Source: Chitinophagales bacterium (lineage in GTDB: Bacteria; Bacteroidota; Bacteroidia; Chitinophagales; Chitinophagaceae). Taken from it: a stretch of DNA of 64,000 bases. A program made the position numbers and the translations under genes. The stretch is taken from assembly GCA_038204855.1 (NCBI GenBank), contig JBBRCM010000003.1:620-64619 (forward strand), read 5' to 3'. Below are positions 1 to 7,667 of the stretch, piece by piece. Numbering within the stretch: the stretch's first letter is position 1; each line of letters starts with the position of its first letter. The notes beneath the pieces were generated by a model. It saw nothing but the letters and a program-made list of their open reading frames with translations, ran no database searches and was not told the origin of the DNA.

Positions 1-2
1 TT

Positions 3-410
3 TTTGATCAGCGTGATTATTTTTTAAATAAGGATATTTTAAAAAAAATAGTCAATTCTAGTCCCCAACAATTTACAGATTCTAGTTCAATACTATTTGC
101 AAATTTCATCAATAATACTACGGATGTAAATGTTAGTTTTGAAAAACTTTATAGTTTTTATGTTGATAAAGTAAAATTTCTAACAAGCATAGAAAATATT
201 TTACAATATTCATCCCAAAATAACACTAATAATTCTGCTCCAAATTGTGCTTGGTATTGTTTGCTTTGTGGTTCAAGTTGGGGATGTTGTGGGAACTATA
301 GCGGTTGTTGCTTTTACGCAAACACTTTGTGCTATCTTCATGATCGGGCTTGCGCAATGTCTGGATGTCAGCCAGCATGGTTTTGTTTTCCAGGATGTGT
401 TGTTGAATAG
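3..410 (+). CDS. 5'-truncated protein with Cys-rich C-terminal domain (12 Cys in last 54 aa; CxxHDxxC motif)
   Basis: Manual translation of frame 3 is open from the window edge to TAG at 408-410, ending ...APNCAWYCLLCGSSWGCCGNYSGCCFYANTLCYLHDRACAMSGCQPAWFCFPGCVVE*. Missing from the ORF track because the start lies outside the window. Confidence 0.8.
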   Translation, partial: FDQRDYFLNKDILKKIVNSSPQQFTDSSSILFANFINNTTDVNVSFEKLYSFYVDKVKFLTSIENILQYSSQNNTNNSAPNCAWYCLLCGSSWGCCGNYSGCCFYANTLCYLHDRACAMSGCQPAWFCFPGCVVE

Positions 411-425
411 GAAAATTTATTACTA

Positions 426-731
426 ATGAGAAATAAATATTTATTCGGGTTAGCAATTTTTTTATTATCAGTGACTTGTATAGATTTCTATATAAAGATA
501 ACTTGCTCAAATATCTCTACAAATGGTAAAAATTATATTGAATTATATGAAAGCAGAAATTTGTACAAATTGAAAAATATCTATTTAATAACTTTTATAA
601 ATATTATTTTAGGAGTAATTTCAGTTTTTTTATTTATTAAATTCAGAAATTTTATTACCCCAATCCTGGCATACATTCTTATTGCTATTACCTCTTTAAT
701 TATTTTCTTAAATTTATTTAGCCTTCTTTAA
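426..731 (+). CDS. small membrane protein (about 3 TM), hypothetical
   Basis: 101 aa with three hydrophobic stretches; 15 bp after the Cys-rich ORF; very AT-rich. Confidence 0.7.
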   Translation: MRNKYLFGLAIFLLSVTCIDFYIKITCSNISTNGKNYIELYESRNLYKLKNIYLITFINIILGVISVFLFIKFRNFITPILAYILIAITSLIIFLNLFSLL

Positions 732-744
732 ACAAACCATTATT

Positions 745-975
745 TTATGGCACCGGATCATACCCATGTCCACCCCAGGGATGGCATTTACTCACTCTTT
801 TCAGCGTGAGCCAGAACGCTTTTATTGGCCCGTATTTTTTAAATGCTTCAATACCATATTGTGAGCATGTGGGTGTGTAGCGGCACTTGGGTCCCAGCAA
901 GGGCGATATGATCCACTGGTAAAGCTTTATTAAAGCTATAAATGGAAAACTAAATATTTGCCGGAGTATTTTCAT
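745..975 (-). CDS. yidD: membrane protein insertion efficiency factor YidD
   Basis: [10 protein letters not shown] and [17 protein letters not shown] motifs; follows rnpA. Confidence 0.95.
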   Translation of the reverse strand: MKILRQIFSFPFIALIKLYQWIISPLLGPKCRYTPTCSQYGIEAFKKYGPIKAFWLTLKRVSKCHPWGGHGYDPVP

Positions 976-1360
976 TGCTTATTTTAGTGAGCCTATTAAG
1001 TACATGATGCATTTTTTCAAAAATAAAATTATATTCAGGCAATTCATTTCCTACATAAATAATAAAGACAGCGAGTTGCTTTTGTTGTTGCTTTAAATGG
1101 CTTTGCAGATCATTTTTTTGCAGCCGGTAAGCTTCTCTCATCAGGCGTTTGATGCGGTTACGGTCAACAGCTTTTTTAAAATGTTTACTGCTTACGGCAA
1201 ACCCGGTTTGTAACGGAGTGCCAACAGTACCGGTAAACTTCCACAATACCCTTAAGGGAAAACCAGAAAACGACTTTCCGTCCCTGAACAGTTCCTCGAT
1301 GGTTTTACGGCTCTTAAGTTTTTCTTCTTTTTTAAAGGTATATCGTTGCTTTGTTTCCAA
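950..1360 (-). CDS. rnpA: ribonuclease P protein component
   Basis: [18 protein letters not shown] (RNR motif); lies between rpmH and yidD; start uncertain (TTG 1360 or 1387). Confidence 0.93.
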   Translation of the reverse strand: METKQRYTFKKEEKLKSRKTIEELFRDGKSFSGFPLRVLWKFTGTVGTPLQTGFAVSSKHFKKAVDRNRIKRLMREAYRLQKNDLQSHLKQQQKQLAVFIIYVGNELPEYNFIFEKMHHVLNRLTKISNENTPANI

Positions 1361-1402
1361 GTATTCAAAATTACTGATTCGTTGCAATGCTTTGGGCAGA
1401 AA

Positions 1403-1431
1403 TAAAAATGTCCCCCGATAGATCGGGGGAC
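1403..1431 (-). terminator. intrinsic terminator after rpmH
   Basis: GTCCCCCGAT/ATCGGGGGAC stem (1410-1431) followed by a U-rich tract on the minus strand. Confidence 0.7.
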
Positions 1432-1474
1432 TGAATTATGTTAACCGGATTTCTTTTGAGAAAATCAGGCAATC

Positions 1475-1642
1475 TTATTTTTTATCACCATGTTCGCTGG
1501 AAACTGTAAGACTGTGACGTCCTTTTTTCCTACGGCTGGCCAATACCTTACGGCCATTAGCTGTTTGCATGCGTTGACGAAATCCGTGAACAGATTTTCT
1601 ACGACGTTTGTGGGGTTGATACGTTCTTTTTTTACCTGGCAT
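1475..1642 (-). CDS. rpmH: 50S ribosomal protein L34
   Basis: Manual translation [55 protein letters not shown] (55 aa); not in the ORF track. Confidence 0.97.
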   Translation of the reverse strand: MPGKKRTYQPHKRRRKSVHGFRQRMQTANGRKVLASRRKKGRHSLTVSSEHGDKK

Positions 1643-1734
1643 TGTTTAAGTTTTTTCCTTTTACAAATTAAATTTCCGAATTCATTTTTGTTACACTCAA
1701 CAAGGCACCATCCCTGCTGTTTGTGAAAGGACGG

Positions 1735-1742
1735 CAAAAGTA
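1735..1742 (-). promoter_or_regulatory. Bacteroidota -7 promoter element for rpmH
   Basis: TACTTTTG on the minus strand matches TAnnTTTG. Confidence 0.6.
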
Positions 1743-1788
1743 GGTGAAATTTTTGATTTTAGATTGTAGATTTTAGATTATTTACAAG

Positions 1789-2610
1789 CTAAAGGCTTAA
1801 ATTTTTTGATTTTACCTGTTTACCGTAGAAAACAGCGGCATGGTTGTCAAAATCTTCGGGCGAGTCGGTTGTGAAAAAGGAAATTTGCCCGTTTTTGCTA
1901 CATTTTTGCTCCATTTCCCCGTGGTTTTGTAAGTAGTTTTCCAGGCTACGGGCAACAATTTCTCCTTGCGATAAAATAGTAACATGAGGCGGCACGGCTT
2001 TTTTTATCTTTTCCATTAATAAGGGATAATGGGTACAGGCCAGCAATATGGTATCAATATCAGCCGATTGCTTCAGCAGGTTGTTAATGTTCTTCTGAAT
2101 AAAATAATCGGCCCCGGGGCTATTGTACTCATTATTTTCTACCAATGGTACCCACATAGGGCAGGCTTCCTGAAAAACCTTTAAGCAGGGGTAAAATTTT
2201 TCTATTTCGATTGGGTAAGAATTTGAAATAACCGTTCCATTTGTAGCCAGGATGGCTACATTACCGGTTTTGGTGAATTTGCCTATTACCTCTGTTGTTG
2301 GCCTTATTACTCCCAATACTCTTTTTGAGGCACCAATTTTTGGCAAGTCGTTTTGCTGAATAGAACGCAGTGCCTTTGCCGAAGCCGTATTACAGGCGAG
2401 GATAATCAATGGGCATCCCTGGCTAAAGAACCATTTTACGCACTGCAGGGTGTATTCATAAACAGTTTCAAAGCTGCGGTTGCCATAAGGTGAGCGGGCA
2501 TTATCGCCCAGGTATATATAATCGTACTGAGGCAGCTTGGCAGTAATCTCCTTTAAAACAGTTAAGCCTCCATAACCGCTATCAAATACGCCAATTGGCT
2601 GTTGCTTCAT
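1789..2610 (-). CDS. murI: glutamate racemase
   Basis: FDSGYGGL, ACNTAS and LACTHYP motifs. Confidence 0.96.
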   Translation of the reverse strand: MKQQPIGVFDSGYGGLTVLKEITAKLPQYDYIYLGDNARSPYGNRSFETVYEYTLQCVKWFFSQGCPLIILACNTASAKALRSIQQNDLPKIGASKRVLGVIRPTTEVIGKFTKTGNVAILATNGTVISNSYPIEIEKFYPCLKVFQEACPMWVPLVENNEYNSPGADYFIQKNINNLLKQSADIDTILLACTHYPLLMEKIKKAVPPHVTILSQGEIVARSLENYLQNHGEMEQKCSKNGQISFFTTDSPEDFDNHAAVFYGKQVKSKNLSL

Positions 2611-2624
2611 TTGTCAAAAATAAC

Positions 2625-2652
2625 AAAGCCTCCCGATGAATCAGGAGGCTTT
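2625..2652 (-). terminator. intrinsic terminator after skp genes
   Basis: AAAGCCTCC...GGAGGCTTT hairpin. Confidence 0.6.
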
Positions 2653-2674
2653 ATTTATAATTTTAAAATAATTA

Positions 2675-3217
2675 TTAGTTACCGGCGGGTTTAGCACCAC
2701 CTTGTGCAGGTGGAGGGTCTTTAATTCCCAATTTTGCTTTAACCATTGGTAAAAGGTCATCTCCCTGCGGCATAACCAATAAAAGTGTTGTTGCATTATC
2801 TATCACATAAGTATAGCCTCTCTCTTTAGCTACCATTTTAATCGCATCCAGCGCTTTTGTACGTACCGGTGCAATTTTAGTCTGGGCATATTTCTGAGCC
2901 TCTTCCTGTGCTTCCTGATCGTAGTTTTGTAAACGGCTATATAACTTAACCAGATCATTCCTTCTGATCTCCTTCATGCTTGGAGATAATTTTATAGAAT
3001 CCAAAAAATACTGATCCCTTTTTGCATCTGCTTCTTTTTGTAAAGTCAGCCCCTGCTGCTGCAAAGAATTCTGATATTCGTTCAAATCAGTCTGTAGTTT
3101 GGCCGATTCCGGCATGGATGCCATTAATTCGTCGGTATTAATATAACCAATTTTAGTTTGTGCTGAAGCACTCATGATTCCTAATGCCATCGCAGCTCCT
3201 AGTAATAATTTTTTCAT
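2675..3217 (-). CDS. skp: OmpH/Skp family outer membrane chaperone
   Basis: Signal peptide, KIGYIN, coiled coil, GYTYVID; downstream of bamA; start placed at MKKLLL. Confidence 0.88.
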   Translation of the reverse strand: MKKLLLGAAMALGIMSASAQTKIGYINTDELMASMPESAKLQTDLNEYQNSLQQQGLTLQKEADAKRDQYFLDSIKLSPSMKEIRRNDLVKLYSRLQNYDQEAQEEAQKYAQTKIAPVRTKALDAIKMVAKERGYTYVIDNATTLLLVMPQGDDLLPMVKAKLGIKDPPPAQGGAKPAGN

Positions 3218-3299
3218 TGTTGTTTTAAAGTTTATTGATTTAGTGTTTATAAGATTGCTTTTTATAATCAAAAGTTGCTCCAAACTGCTCTATTAAGTA

Positions 3300-3812
3300 T
3301 TATTTAACACCCAGGTTCCGGATAATATCTGCACTCTTATCCAGTTTTGGATCGGCAAAGATAACAGTAATTCCTTCACTTTTATCTAATATGAAGTCAT
3401 ATTGTTTTTCCACAGCAAGTTTCTGCACTGCATTATAGACCCTGTCCTGTATTGGCTTTATAAGCTCCTGTCTTTTTTTAAACAGATCTCCTTCAAACCC
3501 GAAGCGCTTTTTCTGCAGGTCACGCAATTCCTTTTCCTTGTTATATAATTCGTCTTCTCTCTTTTTTTGCAGCACATCGGTAAGCATAACTCTTTCAGCA
3601 TCATAATCCTTGTACATTTTATCCATCAATGCCTGTTTTTGGTCAATTTCCTGCTGCCATTGCTCACTAAACTGGTCCAGCAGTTTTTGAGCATTTTTAT
3701 ACTCGGGCAGTTTATCTAAAATGTATTTAGAATCTATTACTGCATAACGTTGTGCATTTCCGGTAGAAACAATAAGCAATAGGCAATAAGCAATAAGCAA
3801 TATCTTTTTCAT
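3300..3812 (-). CDS. skp: OmpH/Skp family outer membrane chaperone
   Basis: YILDKLPEY, LFKKRQELIKPIQD and YDFILDK; directly after bamA. Confidence 0.9.
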   Translation of the reverse strand: MKKILLIAYCLLLIVSTGNAQRYAVIDSKYILDKLPEYKNAQKLLDQFSEQWQQEIDQKQALMDKMYKDYDAERVMLTDVLQKKREDELYNKEKELRDLQKKRFGFEGDLFKKRQELIKPIQDRVYNAVQKLAVEKQYDFILDKSEGITVIFADPKLDKSADIIRNLGVK

Positions 3813-3857
3813 TGTGTAATTTTTTACAAATTAACTAATAAACGGATTAACAATCAT

Positions 3858-6578
3858 TTACTCCGGTTCCTGCCCTAACATAAATGTAAACTTGGCTGCA
3901 CCTTTTAAACCGCTTGTATTATTATACCTGTCAAAACCAATACCGTAGTCAAAGCCCAGCAAACCAAACATAGGAAGGAAGAAACGTAAGCCTACCCCGG
4001 CTGACCTGCGCAATTTAAATGGATTATAGTCCTTGAAACTATACCAGCCGTTTGCTGCTTCAAAAAACGCAAGTCCGTAAATAGTACTTGACGCACTGGT
4101 GCTGAACGGATAACGCAACTCCATGGTGTACTTATTAAAAATTGTAAAGTACTGGGTTGGGGTTGTACCGTCGGGATTTATTTTTGGATTTGAGTTATCA
4201 TACACCGGGTATCCACGATGTGCAATAATATCATATCCCAGCAAAGCGGTATTGTTACTAAGCCCAGCATCTCCCAATTGAAAACGTTCAAATGGAGATA
4301 CATCAAGCTTGTTATTATACCTGCCAATGAACCCGTACTTCGCAGCAATTTTTAAGATAAACTGCTTATTCTTTTCTGCTCCTCTTGCCATTCCTATAGG
4401 TACATACCATTCTGCATTCATACGCCATTTATGAAATTCGGGCAGTTTATAACTGTTGGTTTTGTTTGATGTTATACCTATTAAAGAGTAAGGCAGTGTA
4501 AATTGTCCGCTTAAGAAAAAGTTAGAGCCGCTGGTGGGGAAAATTGGATTGGGTCCTGCGGAATTTCGAACCAGCGCAATTTTTAAACTGATATTGGTTG
4601 AGGTTCCATTTCTTATACCCTGAAAAATATTATCATAATTACGCAGTTTATACCGCTGTACATTCAATGAATAAATCAGGTTAAAATAATCATCGGGCCA
4701 TTTTAATTGCTTACCTAACGATACATTGAAGCTTGCTGTTTTTACAAACGATGTATCTCCGCAGGATTTACAATAACTGTTAGTTGATCTATCGTAGGCA
4801 TTGGCATATTTGGTGTTTGAATAGGCAACGGTAAATGAATTACGTTTCCGTCCGCCTAGCCATGGTTCGGTAAAAGATACATTATAAGAGCGGAAAGCCT
4901 TGCCGTTTGATTGTATCCTGGCACTAAACTTTTGTCCGTCGCCCGATGGAAGTGGATCCCAGGTTGATCTTTTTGTAATATTTTTTATAGAAAAGTTATT
5001 GAAAGTAACACCAAGGGTTCCGGTTAAACCAATTCCGCCGCCAAAACCCGCCGACAACTCAAGCTGGTCTCCCGACTTTTCTTCAATACCCCAGTTAATA
5101 TCTACCGTTCCGTTCTCGGCATTGGGCACCACCTGTGGGTTAATTTTTTCTGCATCAATAAAGCCAAGTTGGCCCAGTTCACGCTGGGTACGTATTATAT
5201 CTGAGCGGCTGAATTTTTCGCCGGGAATGGTTCTTAACTCCCTGCGTATTACATAGTCTTTTGTTTTTTTATTGCCCGAAATGGTAATGTTGCCATAAAC
5301 GGCCTGCGGCCCTTCACGTACACGCAACTCAAAATCAATGGTATCATTATAAACAGCAGTTTCAACCGGATCTACCTGAAAGAAAAGATAGCCATCATCC
5401 AGATACAGGCTACCTATATCTGCGCCTTCGGCAGATAATTGTTTACCTAGCCGCTTGTTTAAAAACTCCAGGTTATAAACATCTCCTTTTTTAATTCCGA
5501 GTAAAATATTCAGAATAGAATCGCTGTATTTGGTATTGCCACGCCAGACCATATCCCCAAAATGAAACTGATTTCCTTCGGCTACTTTTACAAACAAATT
5601 AATATTATTCTTCTCATCAAGTATAGCGGTATCTTTTAAAATAACCGCATTTCTGTAACCCCTGGAATTGTAATAGCTTAAAACACTTTCCTTATCATCT
5701 ATATATTTAATTTCGTTGAACTTGGCGCCGCTAAAACCCCTGATGCGGAAGTACGGATCAACGTAATCCCTGGTTTTTGTGATAGACATAAACCCAACGT
5801 CGTTAATATATTCGTTAAAGGTTTCTCTTTTAGCTGTATCGCCAAAGGGGTTCTTTACAACAACCGGAAACAAGGTAATGCGGTTCATTTCCTTGGTACT
5901 CTTCATACTCTTTTTTAAATTCTGTGAGGCCACATCCTTGTTACCGCTAAAATTAATGGAGTTCACTTTTACTTTACGGCCTTTCTTAATAATAAAAGTG
6001 ATGTTTACCGCATTGTTTAAAGCCGGCGCATTTTCTTCCTTTAGCTGAATTTCTACATTGCGGTATCCTTTATCAAAATAAAATTTACGAATGGCCTCTA
6101 CTGCACTCAGCCTCATGTTCTCAGTAACTACCCTATCCTTAACCAATGCTACTTTTGGTTCCAGGTCATCCCGCTCTCCTTTTTTTATGCCTTCAAATTT
6201 AAAACTGGCCAGACGGGGTCTTTCTGTAATGTCAAACTGAACGTATAAATTACGGTCTTCTAATTTTGTAAATGAAATTTCTATGTTGGAGATCAGGTTC
6301 TGGCGCCAAAGCTTTGCAATAGCTCTTGAAAAAACATCGGTACCTGGTATGGTTACTTTATCGCCAACGGCCAGGCCCGAAATTGAAATAATAAGATTTG
6401 CATCAAATGCTTTTGAGCCTACAACGGTAATACCTGCAATAGTATATTCTTTTGGTATTTTTGAAGTGAAAATTGCCTCTAATTCGGGATTTACAGAAAC
6501 GGGCTCCTGAGCGTACACAAACTGACTGCTTAAAATTAGGGTTGTAATAATAAAAATACCTTTGTAAATCCTCTCCAT
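3858..6578 (-). CDS. bamA: outer membrane protein assembly factor BamA
   Basis: POTRA repeats plus C-terminal barrel with HRGY (VRGF-like) motif and GLLGFDYG; uppS-bamA-skp synteny. Confidence 0.94.
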   Translation of the reverse strand: MERIYKGIFIITTLILSSQFVYAQEPVSVNPELEAIFTSKIPKEYTIAGITVVGSKAFDANLIISISGLAVGDKVTIPGTDVFSRAIAKLWRQNLISNIEISFTKLEDRNLYVQFDITERPRLASFKFEGIKKGERDDLEPKVALVKDRVVTENMRLSAVEAIRKFYFDKGYRNVEIQLKEENAPALNNAVNITFIIKKGRKVKVNSINFSGNKDVASQNLKKSMKSTKEMNRITLFPVVVKNPFGDTAKRETFNEYINDVGFMSITKTRDYVDPYFRIRGFSGAKFNEIKYIDDKESVLSYYNSRGYRNAVILKDTAILDEKNNINLFVKVAEGNQFHFGDMVWRGNTKYSDSILNILLGIKKGDVYNLEFLNKRLGKQLSAEGADIGSLYLDDGYLFFQVDPVETAVYNDTIDFELRVREGPQAVYGNITISGNKKTKDYVIRRELRTIPGEKFSRSDIIRTQRELGQLGFIDAEKINPQVVPNAENGTVDINWGIEEKSGDQLELSAGFGGGIGLTGTLGVTFNNFSIKNITKRSTWDPLPSGDGQKFSARIQSNGKAFRSYNVSFTEPWLGGRKRNSFTVAYSNTKYANAYDRSTNSYCKSCGDTSFVKTASFNVSLGKQLKWPDDYFNLIYSLNVQRYKLRNYDNIFQGIRNGTSTNISLKIALVRNSAGPNPIFPTSGSNFFLSGQFTLPYSLIGITSNKTNSYKLPEFHKWRMNAEWYVPIGMARGAEKNKQFILKIAAKYGFIGRYNNKLDVSPFERFQLGDAGLSNNTALLGYDIIAHRGYPVYDNSNPKINPDGTTPTQYFTIFNKYTMELRYPFSTSASSTIYGLAFFEAANGWYSFKDYNPFKLRRSAGVGLRFFLPMFGLLGFDYGIGFDRYNNTSGLKGAAKFTFMLGQEPE

Positions 6579-6707
6579 CAGTTTGTTTTTAACGTGCGGC
6601 AAATTAAGCCCAATAATTAAAACTATTTGTTAACCTCATCCTAAATCATCGGTTAAAGTGATGAAAAAAGGAGAAATTTATTTGTTCTGCCGTATTCCAA
6701 TGGCTTT

Positions 6708-7466
6708 TCAATCCGTTGCATCCTTTTCCCTGATCTGCTCGCCGGTTTTGCCAAAACGGCGCTCCCGGCTTTGAAAATCCAGGATGGCTTCATACAGGTT
6801 TTGCGTTCTGAAATCGGGCCAAAGCGTATTGGTAAAATACAGCTCTGCATAAGCCAGTTGATATAGCAAAAAATTACTTATTCTGTACTCCCCGCTGGTT
6901 CTTATCATCAGCTCAGGATCCGGAAAACTTTTAGTTGTTAGATATTGCTGAACCGTATCCTGATTTATGGCCTCCGGCATTATTTTTCCGACCTTTACAT
7001 CAGCGGCAATATTTTTCACTGCCCGTACAATTTCCCAGCGGCTGCTGTAACTTAAAGCCATTACCAGGTTTAATCCTGTATTAACACTGGTTTCGTTAAG
7101 CGCCTCTTCCAGTTCTTGTTTTGCAGCATCGGGCAGCATATCAATATCGCCTATTACGTGCAGTTTAATATTATTTTTATTAAGCGTTGGTACCTCGTTG
7201 TGTATGGTATCCACCAATAGTTCCATCAATCCCGATACTTCGTACTCGGGCCTGTCCCAGTTTTCGGTACTAAAAGCATAAAGTGTAAGATATTTGATGC
7301 CTAGTTCTGCAGCGCCTTCCACAATATTGCGTACGCTTTCAACCCCATGTAAATGCCCAAACAGGCGATCTTCACCTTTTTCTTTTGCCCACCTTCCATT
7401 GCCATCCATGATGATTGCAATGTGACTTGGCAAACGCAACATATCTATATTATCCTTCAGGGTCAT
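6708..7466 (-). CDS. uppS: undecaprenyl diphosphate synthase (isoprenyl transferase)
   Basis: HIAIIMDGNGRWA, AFSTENW and IRTSGEYRISNFLL motifs. Confidence 0.96.
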   Translation of the reverse strand: MTLKDNIDMLRLPSHIAIIMDGNGRWAKEKGEDRLFGHLHGVESVRNIVEGAAELGIKYLTLYAFSTENWDRPEYEVSGLMELLVDTIHNEVPTLNKNNIKLHVIGDIDMLPDAAKQELEEALNETSVNTGLNLVMALSYSSRWEIVRAVKNIAADVKVGKIMPEAINQDTVQQYLTTKSFPDPELMIRTSGEYRISNFLLYQLAYAELYFTNTLWPDFRTQNLYEAILDFQSRERRFGKTGEQIREKDATD

Positions 7467-7513
7467 AAAATGCTATAAAAGAGTAGTCAGGCTCAGGGCC
7501 TGACTTTGGGGTG

Positions 7514-7521
7514 CAAAAGTA
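7514..7521 (-). promoter_or_regulatory. -7 promoter element for uppS
   Basis: TACTTTTG on the minus strand. Confidence 0.55.
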
Positions 7522-7557
7522 ATAAATTTTAACTGGAATATGACTTTTAGGTCAAAC

Positions 7558-7667
7558 ATTATGCCGATGTACCACACTAGATAGTACGGGCACTTCACTA
7601 TCGGCATAATTCCATCTAAGATCTACTTGTAGCCCTTCGGACTACTTGGTAAATCAAGATGTTATTA
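7558..7667 (-). ncRNA. candidate structured RNA/ssDNA element, copy 1
   Basis: Homologous to 27068-27216; stems conserved with compensatory changes and G.U pairs that form only on the minus strand. Confidence 0.5.

Noticed and set aside
226-510. Minus-strand 94-aa ORF
   Set aside because: Shadow of the plus-strand Cys-rich ORF and its partner; no recognisable motifs
1465-1737. ORF-track calls 1465-1737 (-) and 1490-1726 (+)
   Set aside because: They overlap the real rpmH (1475-1642) in other frames
7558-7667. Integron attC or hairpin/hammerhead ribozyme identity for the repeated element
   Set aside because: Ends fit RYYYAAC/GTTRRRY poorly and no integrase is present. The AGAAAC/GUAUA loop-B-like words occur only in copy 2, and there is no CUGANGA core.
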